A DNA stretch of 64,000 nt, taken from contig CM052817.1 in the NCBI GenBank assembly GCA_028534125.1, positions 92,258,001-92,322,000 of the forward strand, written 5' to 3'. Below, piece after piece: positions 1-14,303 of this stretch (position 1 is its first letter; each line of letters begins with the position of its first letter). The notes under the pieces were generated by a model, which did not search any database, was not told where the DNA came from, and saw only the letters and a list, made by a program, of their open reading frames with translations. This stretch comes from Lama glama. Its lineage: Eukaryota. A program made the translations under genes and the position numbers.

Positions 1-3000
1 CTCGCAGGCACCTTCCAGGTTTCTTTAGAAAGCGGAGGCACCAGCCGTCAGAGCCTGGCTTCTCCTCCAGGTGCTCCGCAGCACCCGGCCCCAGATCCGA
101 AAGCACAGCACATGAATAATCAGCACCAGTGAAGGCCAGTCTCATCACTGAATGTTGGCAGAGGCTCAGGACGGCCCTGAAGAGAAAGCCCGGTAGCCAT
201 GTGGGGTGAGTGGGGTAGGAAGGACCTAATACCTACTGAGCCTGTGGATGGAGGACAGTCTGCACCAGGAGGGTTCTGATGGGAGGTATTTTGGTCTTCC
301 TTGTGCTGTTTGAGCCAAGCTGAGGCCCTGTAAAGCACTCAGGTTGCTGACTGAAATCGTTACGGCGCAGAAAACTGTCAACAGTGCTGATGGGAATTCT
401 GCTTTTGCTCCTTAGCATCTGAGTGGCTTTAAGGAAATGGATTAACTTGGTGTTTTCAGACAAAGTAGACTCAGACACAGCGAGTATACAGGCAAGGCAG
501 CCTTCTCCTGGAATGAGCCGCCACCTCAGGACAGGGAGCTGGCACCTTCTTAATGGCGGTGACATTTTTATCAATGGATCGAGCTTGAGGACCTGGTTGG
601 CGTCAGCAGCCACTGTCTTACATTAGACGCACCCCCAAAAACTGGGGCCCGAGGAAGGGATGTTTGCCACAATGAGCTATGCTTACCAAAAAGCAGCAAG
701 GATATCGAGGTCACAGTCCAGGGAAAAGGTGGTCGTCACCCTAGAGTGGGAACTGGGGATGGAAAACGATAAAGAACTAACCTGGGTTTTTCTCGCAACT
801 TCATAATGGGGGCATATTTGAAGCTGTAGATGAGGAGCATGAATATATCTGATGGGGAACTTCGTCCGTTTTTCACTTCCTTGGTACTTCTCATAAGTTC
901 TAAAACGGGAAGGTTTTGAATTCTCCTTCCTAGAGCCTTTCAGCTAAAAAATACTCCATCTTCCATTCGTCTCTACAGAATCACGGGGGATGGAGTGTAC
1001 TGAATTTGAAAGTATCTTTCCTCTGATACTTCTTTACCAATGGGCTTCACAAATACCCAGTCCAACCAACTCTTCGCTGCTACATACAACCTCATAACCC
1101 TTTTATTTACCACCGAGGGTCAAGCTTTCCTCAGAGATGGCAACTGTGCCAGGTGTTGGCTCCAAAGAGATTCATGCTAAGGGTCTCCCAGCAACACCTT
1201 TTCCCACTGGAGTGAGGTCAGGTCCTGAGAACTTTCTTCTGGTAGGATCCTTGCCCAATCCTACCTGGCTTAGAAAATCAAATGGGAGCCTGGGTCTCGG
1301 TTGTGAAGTTACAAACAGTTACAGTGGAAAGTTGATATATGCAAAGTCCACATTTCCCCATACACTGTCAACCTGCTGTGGAATTACATAAACACTCTTT
1401 TCCTGAGGATTTATGTTTCTAAAAAAGCCTACTCACCAAAAGCACATGGAACATGCTTTTGATTTCTCAAATAATGGTTTGGATCAGCTGGATTTTTTTT
1501 CAGATTACCAAACTAGAGACAAGGTCATTGCATTTCCTGTCCACAGAAGGGCAAGGGGGTCTCTGTCATTTCATTTTTCTTTCATTCTCTTTCATGCCCT
1601 CCTCACGCCCTCCTTCTTATTAAAGACCTGCTATGGACCAGGGGATATGTTATACACGAAAGGAGAACCTAGTTGACCAAAGGTATTAAAGAGATATGGT
1701 GCTCTGAGAGTCTTGCCTTTAAAGAATTAGAGAAATTGAAGGAATAATCAGGAATCATGGATTTGATTTTTGGCATGGGCACTGAACCAATCAGTGTAAG
1801 ACTGTGTAGAGCTGGTTGCCTATCTAAAGGTTTTCATTTCCCTATTCAGATGAAAAATCCTTCAGTAAAATGCACTAAAAATAAGCCAGATACTATTTCT
1901 AGTCTTGAAGTCATCCTGAATAGCATCTCCAGAATGGATATCATCCTCAATGATAATCAGGTGATTCGCTAAGATTAGAAGGGGAAATAAATCAGCTAAG
2001 TAATGCTTATGTCATTCACAAGAGACCAAAGTGAGTATCAAGAGACATTATCAAGGTAGGTGTTCCTATCCACGTACAGTGTTGGAAGCCAGTTATGAAG
2101 TAGACTGTAGATGCAGTTACCCAGTTGAATATTTAAATGTGTCCTTATTTGACTGTGAAATCACCCAGCCAAATATATTCAAGGGCGGTTTCCTTTATAA
2201 GAAAAAAAAAGTAAATGAAACACTCAAAGATGACATTAGCTCAATTTTATGTTTGAAAACTTAATTGCACCCAAGTGAGAAAATACAAAATTAAAGTTCT
2301 CACTGCAACAATTGAGCCTCACAGTGCCTAGTAACAAGGAGAGATTTTGCCACACATGTTGGAACTCAGTGTGATGTGTGCACTAAAACCTGGAGTGGGG
2401 AACTGCCTGCAAATCCATTCCTGCACCTTTCCTAGAGCTGGATGGAAAGCTTTCTTTAGAGATTATACAAAGAGCCTTTATTTTGAGAGTTACACCCAGG
2501 AGTGGCATCTTGGATAGCACCAATTGAAGGGGGTGAGAGAAAGAAATGACCATTTATTGAGTGTCCTCCTCCTGGCTAGACACTTGTAGAAACCTCTATC
2601 TAAAAATAATTTTGTCTTTCTTTGTCCCCTACACCTCATCTACCAAGACAACCTCATCCATTCAGAAAGATGAGGCAAAGCTGGTGTGAGAATGTGGAAG
2701 TAAACCTCAGGCCCTGTGGTCCTGCCACCAAGCTGGCTAGATTATTGGAGCCCATGAGAGACTAGAGAAGCCACACCACTTTTCAGTACTGTGGTTGGGG
2801 TGCTGATCTGTTCTGTTCCTTAGCAGCCTCCTGGAGTCTTGAGGATGTCTGGTATAGCTTTCCCACACTCAAACCAGCCCTGAAGAGCCCAGGGTCCTCT
2901 CCCCTTTCTCTAGGACTGTCTCCTGAGCTCCACAGCTCAGCTGGGATGGTGGGACCAATACCCTTGACTCCTACTGTCTTCGTGAAACACCTGTGAGAAT

Positions 3001-3164
3001 CCAGCGAAGGGGGAGTGGAGCTCCGTCTAGTGAAACGGTGTTGAGAGACTTTTCACCTAGACTTCCTCTCAATCCCTTTCCACTCTTCTCGACAGCATGC
3101 TTCAGGGCTACAGGTGAGGAAGAAAACAAACATTGCCCGTGCCACCTCCACAGCCTGCCTTTAG

Positions 3165-3720
3165 TTCATTCATTCATCCACTCAATAGACTCTCATTGGA
3201 AGTCTGCTATCGTGTGGTGCTCGTCTCTTCGGGACATTCAAAGATGACTGGTTGTGGTTCATACCCTAAAGGAGCTCACTGTGGAATTTAGAGATGACAC
3301 ACACATGCACAAATACCCCTACCACCAGCTCGAATGTGATGAGGGCTGTGGAAGAAACCCAAGGACGATGGGGGTTCCAACTTCAGAGGAGGGAGAGACA
3401 TTTGAGCTGGGCCTTGAAAGGGAAGAGTACAGTGCTCTGGCATGGTGAACTGTAGGATGTCAGGGCCACTGACAGGATGACAGTAGATGAAGCAGGAAAA
3501 CAGGGATTTATTTTTTACCGGAAGATGGGAGCTGGTGGGCAATGAGGTCACAGGCAGGAGATGGAGAGAGATATGGAGATAATGCAACTGATTCTGGACA
3601 TGTGGAGTCTCAAATACCAGGTGGACATCCCAGTGGAACTTCCCAGCAGACAAAACGAGCAGAGTCTTAAGGAAGTTTGGACTTGGGATCATATGTGCAC
3701 ACAGAGGCCTAAGATACTGG
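3165..3720 (-). mobile_element. LINE-2 fragment
   Basis: An (ATTC)n terminus followed by purine-rich L2 antisense motifs (catttgagctgggccttgaa). Confidence 0.6.
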
Positions 3721-4672
3721 ATGTTGCCTAGAAACTGGAGCTAAGCAATACAGCAACGCAATTAACACTTCAAGCAACAGATACTAATGTCTTCATTACT
3801 GGCAGTCAGGTCCTACACCAACACACAGGAAGAAATTCTGCTTTCTCTCTGCAGAGCTTCTGGGAAGGCTCAGAAACACGGGGAGGCTTTTTGCTAGATC
3901 AGTGCAGGAAGGTTGGTCTTGGTAAGTGGATACTGTTGGCGGCATTTTGGTGCAGTGATCCCCATGACCAAAAACTGATTTGTCTCTTTAAATGGAAGGA
4001 AAAAAAAAAACTGCACTTTCCTCCTCATCTAGAACTGTTTTGAGCTGTTTTGAGGTTGACATCATAAGAACTCTTCTATTCCCCTGTTGATATCTGGTAG
4101 ACCCTATCTTTTCAGGGTGATGCAGACACACGTTCCAGCCCTTCTATGATTTGTCCAGTGCTGTACTATTATAAGCATTATTGATCACACAATCCATTCA
4201 GGCACCATTCACCATAAATAATTTATCTCTTCAGGCATGAGCTTGTCTCCAACACAGATGCCATCAGCAAGAATCCCCTTCAGGAGGTTTGGGCTGGGGA
4301 AGAAACAACTGCCTTGCAAATGGAGTGTAAACACACAAGGCCCTGGGAGGACCGAAAATAATGACTGAACAAACCTCATGCCTGGAGATTGCATTCTACT
4401 GTGGGTGGTCTGTCCAAGAGAGGACAGATCTGAGGTTTTTCAGTTCAGTGTTGCTCCCACAGAGAGCATGCTGTACTGACAAATAGGTATAAGCCTATCT
4501 TCCTAGCTGAGGGGATTTGTTTAGGCAGCATATCAATATCTGTTGAACACACAAGAACAGTGCTAGATGTTATAACTGCCAGGGGCTGGAAGGGCTAAGG
4601 GAGGAGGAGGAACAGGGAGCAGAAGAAATAGCAGACATGCTTGCATCGCTGTGTAGACCCTGGAATTCTACT

Positions 4673-5057
4673 GGACCCAGAGATCATCCTACTAAGTGAA
4701 GTCAGCCAGAAAGTAAAAGAAAAATACCATATGATATCTCCTATATGTGGGATGAAAAAAAAGGGACACAAATGAACTTATTTGTAAAAGAGAAACAGAC
4801 TCACAGACAGAAAGCAAATTTATGGGAAAGGGGGTGGAGGGATAAACTGGGAGTTAGGCATTTGCAGATACTAACTACTATATATAAAATAAACAACAAG
4901 GTCCTACTATACAGCACAGGGAACTATATTCAATACCTTGTAATGGCCTATAATGAAAAAGAATGTGAAAAAGAATATATGTATATATATGAATCACTAT
5001 GTTGTATACTAGAAATTAACACAACATTGTAAATCGACTATACTTCAATTAAAAAAA
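4673..5057 (+). mobile_element. 5'-truncated relatively young L1 (3' UTR only, cetartiodactyl-type)
   Basis: L1 3' UTR motifs (ctaagtgaagtcagccag, agcacagggaactatattcaa) and an A tail. The TSD is AATTCTA(C/T)TGG at 4664-4674 and 5056-5066. Confidence 0.88.
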
Positions 5058-5649
5058 TTCTATTGGTCAGATAGTAAAGTGTGTATAATTAAAACTATAA
5101 GATCTCTGGCAAAAACAAACAAAAGAGCGCAAGGGCATTGGAGCTCAGATTGCATCTATAACTTGCTGAAGGACTTATAACCGTAACAGAGTGCTCAGAT
5201 TTTAGGCTTTAAGCGGGGCTGCAAAGAAGGAAGCGTCATATAGACAGAGAGGTGAGTGGCAGAGATGCTGTCATAGGGGAGAGGATGGGTGTGCAATAGT
5301 CTGCAGTTGGGAACTCATGGACCATGGGTGCCAGCAAACAGATTTCAGAAGGGGAAGAGATTTGTGGTGTAAAGCCAGAGAGTAACAAGTCAGGATGGTG
5401 GAAGGGGGCTGCTGGGTTATAGCCTTCCTACACAACACTGCAGTCAGAGGGACCTGCTGTAGGTAGGCAAGGCCTGGGGGAAATTTTCATCTTTTTTCTC
5501 TCGAGTATTTCTTAAGCTTCCCAACACTTCCCTGCTACTATAGGTCTTGCTGAGAAAAAAAAAATCATCATTAAGCTTACTTATAATATGTTTGCGTATA
5601 ACCCTCTGAATAAGCCAAGGTGGAGGTGAGAAAACAGAGCCCAAATCAG

Positions 5650-6020
5650 ATAGTTCCATGAAAGGAATTATCAGGGGACCTAGCTACCAGCAGACTGGAA
5701 GAGCTGAAGAGCCAATAAGAGATGGTGAGGCAGAGATCAGTAGCAGCTAGAGCTGGAGGTACCAAGGGAGAAGAGCCTGGACTGTCCGGAGGACACTGGA
5801 ACCATGGTCAAGTTGCCACGGGAGCTGGGACCAGGAGGAAACCATGAGGAATGCCGCCAGAGGGAGGAAAATACCCCAACTTCTCCTCTTCGCCTGCCCT
5901 CTAACTTCTGCTAGGGCCTCCCTTTGGCCTAACCTGACTGGAAGCCCACTGGTACAGAAACCTAGGAAATGCACTTTGTACATTTGTCTGTCTCAGCAGG
6001 GGAAGGGTGGGGAATGACTG
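5650..6020 (-). mobile_element. ERVL LTR remnant (LTR33-like)
   Basis: Motif cctccctttggcctaacctgactggaagcc, typical of old ERVL LTRs. Confidence 0.45.
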
Positions 6021-6999
6021 GCATTCCCTCATTCAGTATTTGCAGAAGACTCAAAGAAAAGCAATGCCTGTCTCTTCCAAATGGATTTATAATTGGTGGA
6101 ATTAGACATCAAGTAAGGCAATATCTGGGGGCAAGACATTCTTAGTGACTCTGCAATTAGCACTACTCAATCCACTGCCTGTCTGATGGGAGAGCAGCTG
6201 ACACCAGAACCGTGGTGCAGGTGGGGAGTTGCACAGGCCTCTCCCGAGGAGTCTGAGATTCCTCCCATCGTGACTGCCCTCAGGTCAGCTCTAGAGAAGA
6301 ATCAGCCACCACCCTATCTGGCCTGGGAATGAAAGGGCTGCAGGATCAGTGAAAGCTGAGGAGGAAATGATCAAAGTCTGTGGTTTCTGCTTCTCTGACT
6401 CAACCCCAGAGGCAAAGTCTTGTGGTCCAGGAATGTCTGCATCTCCCTTTCCTCAAAAAGGTCCTCTGCTCTTGCTTCTGAGCCCCTCTTGTTCCTCTGA
6501 GACCTCACACACCCCAGAGGAGCACTCTTGACCTGTCTGAGTCTCTTAGGCCTGATTTGAGTGACAGATTAAACCACACACATGTTCTGCCAAGCATTCC
6601 AAGGTCCTATGGGAGACTCCTGTCCCCAAGGAGATGCTACTTAGTAAGCTGTAGGGGTTGTATGCTTTCACGTTAAATAGCTTAAAATTATTTCTAGTGA
6701 TGGTCATCACTAGGGATGATAATAAGAGGACAGAGAGGCTCTGCTGGGTCTCGTCCCAAGAAATTAAAGCTGATGTATATCATATTGATTTAATACAGTT
6801 CACATAATGTGGACTGATCAACCACAGGCCAGACAGCCCTACAGAGACATGATCCCTGCCCTTACAGTAATTTAGTCAGGGCCAAGAAGTGGGTGTCAGA
6901 TATTTGCTAGAGGCAGGAGCTGCTACAAGCCTAGGACTCTGTGGGCAGAGCACTGATTTTCGAGAGTAAGATATGATCACTGCGCTGTTCATCTGTTTG

Positions 7000-7760
7000 G
7001 TGCTAGTGCTGCAATTCGCTGGTTCTTAAACAGAGCTTGACAAAATAGGCTTGTTGTGAAGCCAGGCTGCTAATTGTGCTGGTAATTAAAAATTGGCAGT
7101 ACTGAGTTTGGCCCACGTTCCCTACCCTTGAAACCTTCCAAATCAGCGTTTGCCTTTCACAACGAGCAAAAACACCTGCTCTGTTTCCCCCACTCATTTC
7201 CTAGGACTTTCAAATGCCACTGAGCTGCGGCTTTCACAGAGCCTGGAAGGATGTCTGGTATTTCATTCAGAAAGATCGCGTGTGCAGTGTGGTAAGCGAG
7301 GCTATAAATAGCCAGGGCCGAGCTGAGGGCGACCTCTGAGAACGCTCGGAGGAGCCGAGGGCACCACTGCACCCGCGGCCTCATCTCACCCCCGCTGCCA
7401 GGCTTCTTTGATGAAGCCACATTCTGTTCAGATTTTCTGGCTCCCAGAGCCCGAATGTCGATTCTTGGAGGTTGAGGGCCACGTGGCAGTCTGCAGCTCC
7501 CGGGCTTGTGCGCAGGCACATGTACTCAGAGCTGATGCGTCATCCTCCTATATTTATCCAGTTGCTGTTTCAGTGGCTATGTGAAGTGTCTGGAAAACAA
7601 CAAAGCTGCCTCCTCCTGCTCTGCAAGCTGTCTGAACTCCTGAGACAGGCTCTGATGTCTCCGTCTGTGTGTATGTGTGTGTGTGTATAAGCGCAGGAGC
7701 CCTGGTTCGCAGAGTACCAGGGTCACTGGGAGACGCCCACCCCAATCCCCAGCCAGCCTG
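7000..7760. promoter_or_regulatory. Candidate enhancer or minor promoter with MEF2, CRE-like and E-box motifs
   Basis: Locally CpG-enriched and without recognisable repeats. It has a perfect MEF2 site CTATAAATAG at 7302-7311, a MEF2-like CTATATTTAT at 7548-7557, CACGTG at 7480-7485, TGCGTCA at 7536-7542 and a (TG)n tract at ~7666-7686. Confidence 0.5.
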
Positions 7761-10329
7761 GCCTTTACGATTCAGGAGCAGGCAGCTTTCTGCTTTAGCC
7801 AGGGACTCCTGTCCTTGCTCACTCCCTGGCAGGTCTGAGTGGGAAGGGCACCATGCGTGTAGTGGGGGAAGAGAGCTGGCTGGACTTCTGGGGCAGGACC
7901 AGTTGGCATCAATAGCAGTAAAGATGAACCTGGCAAGGTGTCATTGAATGTTAGAGCTGAAAGGCATCCTTGATGTCCTCTTCCCAAGACTGTGGTTTTG
8001 CCACTGAGGATGCTGAGGTGAAGCAGGTGAGAAGCCATCCAGCACCAGCGTTGATTCTGAAGCTCCGCACTACTGGATCCTAGACCAGTGACTTTCTACA
8101 ACCCTGTCCCCAGCAGCTCGAACCTTCTTCACCAGCAGGCCATTCTTCAGCAAACATCCTCCAAAATGGAAAGCCCAAAGACCATGTAGGCTTGGTATTG
8201 GTGATTGTACCTCAGATCTCCTGGTCAGCTCTCTTCCCCAGATACACCCATGGTGCCCTGCCCACTCAGCTTTTGTGGAGGGCTACCTTCTAACATAGCC
8301 TGTCACCACTCTGTGCTGGAACCATTGTCACAGCTTGCTGTGCCTTTTGGCTACCTCCCAGGCACACATCCTTTTACAACCACCACTTCATACCGTATGG
8401 ACAAGTTTGGTGCCAGTACCTACAGGGTAACTCACTCTAGAAAGACCCAAATAGATAGATGCAAATAAATCTGGGCTTCTTTGCCATTCTTTAAAGCCTA
8501 CCTCCTCATGATAACTTATCCAAGAGAAAAATAAATCCCATTCCAAAACCCTGAAGAGTGATGAAGATCTTTATTAAAGCTTTCCTTGATGTAGGTTAGA
8601 GAGACTCAGAAGTGCCCAAGACAAACCTGCTACTAAATCCCCATCTCCATCCCTCTCCTACAAATCCCACAGCCCATGGCAGCAACTCAAATTTCTCTCT
8701 TCCAAAATGTCCAGCCCAGGCTGCCTCTCCTGTCACTCCCACCTTCCCTCTGTTGCTATCTTTTTGGGTCCTGGATGTTTTGGGGGTTTTTTTGTGTGTT
8801 TGCTTTGGTGACTCTGTGCCTTTTCCTGTGTAGATCAAATTATTTCTCTTCACTTTCTCCCAATTCTCCTTTCTACCCATTTTCCTGACCAACCCCCAGA
8901 GGTATAGGAACTGAGCAACTGCGACAACAATCATCCTTAAAATGTGGGAGGAGGAATGGTTGTAAATTCTTATATGTGATCTTTTTTTACCTTTACGACA
9001 GGAAAAATCATGTCAAATTGATCTTCAACTAGTTGTACTTGGTTGGGTTGCTCCGTTATTGAATTCCTAGAGTGCTGGAAGTAGTACAGTATTAATTAAA
9101 GGCTTCCTAAATCGGATGCTTCATTATTTCAAATAAGCTGCTGCTGCCTCTCAGACACGGAAATTAGCCAGCTTCTCCCCTTGACAACGATGTTCTTAGG
9201 ATGCCATGGTGGGTGTGTTCCCAGCTATCTAACTGCTGCCAGCTGGATTTGTATCTCCTTTTTCATAGGGTATGATCAAATCTTAAATAAGCTGCAAAGA
9301 ACAGGAGGCCCTTCAGTTACCTTCACTCCACGTGCAATGGATCTGTGTCCCTGTTTTACACCAATAAGAACTCACTGCAGAAGCAGCAACCAGCATGCTC
9401 AGAGCATTCGACACAACTGGCCTTTGAGGGACTATTTCCTCTCCCTCACAGTGCTCTGGCCTTGGACCACATGATCGGAACTTTCGCCCTTTTGAAAGCA
9501 CTGGGAAGTAGCTTCAGCCCCTCTCTCACCCTGTGTATTCTTCCCCGGAGGCTAAGTCACACTTTATCTGTTTTGTGATGTCAGAAGGACTGAGCATGAA
9601 AAACTCCAATGTCTTCTCCAATGCTTTTAAATCTCCCCGTCTGAGGATGGATATGTTTTGCTTACCTCCTGCCTCATGGATGACAATCATGAGGGGTCAG
9701 GGCCATCTCTGCTATGACCAGGTCTGAAGACCTAGCTCTCACTTTGTTTCAATGGAGGAACACAGAAGAGGCAGCTCATGCACCGGTTTGCTATGTGTGT
9801 ATGCTCTGCGGGGCCAACCCTTTCTCGGGTGAGATGCACTAAGTTTTAGACTTGGGAAAAGCATCAGGGAGTCTGACTATGGCCACAATGAAGCCTTACT
9901 CTTCAATCCAGCTTTGTCATTCATAAAACACATTTTTAAAAATCATTTGCCTGATTTCTGCTATTGTTTCTCAATAGCACTTGTGAATCCATAATATATG
10001 CATTCAATTCAATTAAACTACCAATTCTGTAAATACCCCTAGGGTGGGAGCAAGAGAACTCATACCCTTATAATGAGTGAGTCCATTTCATGCAATTAAC
10101 ATTTCCCAACCATCCACCATGAGTGAGTCTAAAGCCAAGAGACATGGTAGGGCTATCTTAGATTAAGTTTCGAGAATATCAAGGGTGAGGCTGGAGACCT
10201 CAAGCCCACAATCCAATTTACAGTGAATTTTTCTGTCACCGCCTAACAGACTATGAAACCTCCCCACCCTCCTGGTGAGCCTGGTGTGCTTTGGTGGTTG
10301 CACAGACATATGGTTACGGGGTAAGCCCA

Positions 10330-10530
10330 GGGTCAGTGCCTGAGTTCATCCTTTCTCCATCCTAACAAGACCTTGGATTGGTCACTTAAACTCTTCCCCT
10401 TAGATGCCTTATCTGGGATATTGGGACAATATCTCTTAGGATCTTTGTGGGGAATAAAATGAGAGAATTATGTAAAGACCTTAGAACAATGCCTGGCAGC
10501 TAGTAAGCCCTCCATAAATGTGACTATTAG
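10330..10530 (+). mobile_element. MIR SINE
   Basis: MIR core and tail (tgtaaagaccttagaacaatgcctggca...taaatgt). Confidence 0.65.
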
Positions 10531-13500
10531 TCACAGCAATAAAATAGTTTTCTGTCACCAAAAATATCCCATGAGGGTGCATCTTTGGAACGTATTAGTG
10601 GGAAAATTTGCTTTGCCAGTAATACAATTTTGTTTTACAAATATTTTAGGAGGAACACTGTTAAGTGAGAAAGAGATACTCAGCTTTCTAGCAAATAAAA
10701 ATTGGAATTTACTTGTTAAAAAATAGAAATACCATTTTTATTGCTTTCTCCACCCCTACCATCTCAGGGAACATTTCTTAGCTGCTTTTATGCAAAGATA
10801 CGTGTCAGATCTAAGATCTGGTGACAACTGCCTCCTGAAAGCCTTGACACAGGGCCCTAAGTGGGGGCATTTCTAATTTTGAAACGAGCTATGTGGTTCA
10901 AAAGCTCTACGCTTCCCAACAAGTAGATGATTGATAAGACTTTCTCGTTCACTGATCAAGCTTGGTAAAAAGGAAAAACAAGGACTAAAAATACCCTTTG
11001 TGTGTGAACTAGGGGCACTGAAAGTAAAAGGAGACCCAAATTTACATATGTGATTACATAATTATATATTTAATTTGTAGTGTAGAGTAAAATTATCCTT
11101 TCAATCTATGGATTTTTGTGGTCTCATCTCAGACATGGAGCTGTTACTACAACAGAACAGAATGCCTCTTTGCTGATTTTTTTTTTAATTCACTGTATCA
11201 TCTAGGAATTCTGCAACCTATAGAACTACCAAGAAAGAAATTCATTTGAAAGTCACATCAGCCTTCACATGAATTTTCTGTAAAACTGAGATGACATTTT
11301 ACATGTTAACTAAATAAAGGTGACATAAGAAATGATGGTCGATTAGGTTCTATTCCTGTCCTCCAGCTGGAATGTCCAGGTAAGAGGCTCCTCAGATCAC
11401 CTCTCACTGAGTCAGTGCTCCATCTTTTCATGCCGGGGATCCTCGTATCATCTGATGCACTGTCATCAATTGTTGTACCTCTACTTGAACAAGTAAACTA
11501 ACAGTCACCCCTCTGGAGCTTATTCTGCTAACGGTCACCCCGCAGAATTTATCCTGCAGGCAGAAAGTATCGAACTACAAAAGTGGATTTTAAACTTTGC
11601 TTATGAGCTAGAGTGAAAGTAATAAGAGCAAAAAATTGATCTCTTTTAATTTGAGTCTTCGGTGTGCACCTGAGAGATAGGAGTCTCAGATCCAAGAGCC
11701 TAAGCTAGTATCGTGGGGAAGGTGGCCATTAAACTCAAGACTCTTGCTGATTTATAAATTAGAGCCAAGGGGAAAGGCAGTACGTTGTCATTTTGCGAGA
11801 GGACTGGGTCCTGCTCTCTATATCCTTTTGGGATTTCAGTGCTTCCTGTGAGTGAGCATTCAGTGCCAAATCAGAAGCCCTACACATTGGAGGATAACAG
11901 AATAGCCCGGGCCAATTCTTTCTCTTGCGTATGAATCCCAGAGAGATGGGGAAGCATGAGCAGTAAATTCAGAAGTTGGCAGAGAAGCTGGACAGGTGTT
12001 TGGTGGAGACACTAGGGTCAAAGCAGTGAGAAGGTGGTCTTGGAGGGCAATGAGATGACCCAGGCCAGGGGAGCCCTGGGGCCTGGGATCCTGGGTAGCC
12101 ATGAACGCCCCTCCAGTTCTCTAGGAGTCATGGCTCTGTGGCCGCTCAGATGGTTCCCTGCCATCTTTTCCTTTCCTGTCTATTCCTGCAATAACCCCCT
12201 GCCACCAAAGCAGCCTGAGTCCCTTGAACTCAAGAGAATCAAGCACCGGATCACACTTTCTATCAAGACCCTGAGGGCCAGGTGGCAAGTCAGTGTCCCC
12301 ATAATATGCTGGGACTCCTACGGAAAGAACCTGGTTCTTTGACCCCGACAAATCCCCTGAACAGAATGCAATATTCTCTCTTCTCAGTGAGTGAAATAAC
12401 AACGCACATCTGTATTCTTCCCCCAGATGTCAACAGACATTCCTTTTCTAGGGGGAAGTGACCTTTGAGTAATGACACAAAGTAGTAGAGAGTAGCTTAA
12501 ATATTTTAAAAGGGAAGAATGTGGCGAACAATACCAACATTTAGTGTGTAGTTCCACAGGCCCCAGTATGTTCTGCGGGCCCAAATCTAATCCTCACCGG
12601 AGCCCTGTGAGAGAGGTGCCGTCTTGTCCCCTTTTTGTATTTTAGTGACTAGCCTGAGGTCACGCAACTTGTAAGAGGTAAAACTGCGACTCCAACTCAG
12701 TTTTAACTCCAGAGCCTGAACTCCTAACCGGTGTTGTGTAACAGGAGTGAACGCTCAAAAACCCATTTCATCCCATTTCTGGATGGGCATTTCCTGGTCC
12801 AAGTACAACCCACACCTTGCTTCTCTGGGCAGCACCCAGCTCCTGCCAGCACGACCACTGCGATACCCACACTGGTGGAATCACAAGGAATAACCGTCCT
12901 CTCTCAGGAGACTTTTGAACACTTTAACCTAGGTTTTTAGAAGTCTCCACATTACCTGGTTTTTCCCTTTTTTACCCCCTAGAGGAGAGAAGTGCTATAA
13001 TACGATGCTATTAGATCAGAGAGGTAAACTCAACACGTGCAGCAGCTGTAAGCTGTCGGGTTTTGCCGTGGCCTTGCGTGGCCATGAAACATTTCCAGAA
13101 ATAAGAAAATGAGTCCCACAACCGGGTCCCTAACTATGTTTCTTCACAATGGTATCAGACAGAAGCTCCGGAAGATGTAACAGAAAATGTGTTATCCGCC
13201 CCCAACACTTACTCCCAGTCAGATATGGTCTCATTGGTAAAAACACTAGTGAAAAACACACATCGCTGCTGTGGTCACATAGAGGAGGCTCCCCAATATG
13301 CCAATATGCCAGCGGCAGGCCCGGTCAACAGAACTGAAGGGGAGAAGTGCTTAATGCTCTCAATTGTGAGCTTTGAGGACATTTTCATTCACATGTTTAT
13401 GTGTGTTTCAGAGGATCCTTCTTACAGCCTCGGTGGGAGGCCGGGTCAGAAGGACAGTTGCCCAAGTCAACAACAACTTCTCAAGAAGGAAACTCAGGGA

Positions 13501-14303
13501 CTATTTTTTCTCTTTCAGCCAAAGATTCACAAATACACTTATTCTTTAGTTGTTTGTAATGCAAATAATGGTCATCATTTCAATTGATGCATGAAGCACT
13601 AGGTATTTTCACAGAAATATGTTTGTTTTACTTGCACCTGTGTAAGAACACACCTCCTGCTTGAAAGAGTTAAACTGTGTCTTTGTTTCAGGGTCCCAAG
13701 CGAAAAGTAGCACACACACCAGGAGAACAAGGGGCTCTCAGGGAAGGGTGGCCAAGGCGAGCTAGTGTTGGGGAGGAATAGCTTTCAGAATCACCTGGGG
13801 GATTCATTCAAAGTGCCTTTCCCTTGCTGTCTCTACCAACCCCACCCCAGGAACAGAGCAATCATTACCACTGAGAGCACATCAAACCCCTCCAATACAT
13901 CTAAGTGGAAAAAAATCTCGAGTCAGTAGAATCCAAAACATATTCAACAGAACAGAATGATAACTAGGCCCCTGGGAATGGAATCCTTTAGTAGCAGGTA
14001 TGATTCTCAGTCCACAAATTAAGGTGTGCAAGCAATACCTAAATGTCTAGTTCTAGAAATCGGCTGAATTTGAATTTGAGCCCCAATACGTCCCAGCTCA
14101 TGAGAAGATATAATTTCAGTCATTCTGGTGACCGCCCCTCCCTCCCTCAAGGTCATGTCAGGTATCCAGCGCATTCTGCAGTGTGAAGGTGTCTGTGGAG
14201 GTGAAGTACTCTGGTATTTGCCATCTGTCCCACAGATTTCCATGGAGACGTCATTGTCTTTGGTCCTAAGGGCTTTTCAGGACTGGTGGCACTTTGATGC
14301 TTC

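Noticed and set aside
120..626. ORFs of 126, 72 and 67 aa at the window start
   Set aside because: No recognisable protein similarity or coherent exon structure.
6694..6713. 9-bp inverted repeat CTAGTGATG/CATCACTAG (also a 10-bp one at 26424-26447)
   Set aside because: Stems of this length are expected by chance in 64 kb and are too short for a pre-miRNA.
11498..11556. Degenerate ~30-bp tandem pair (also a ~26-bp pair at 27359-27434)
   Set aside because: These are ordinary old local duplications with two units only and no array or spacer structure.
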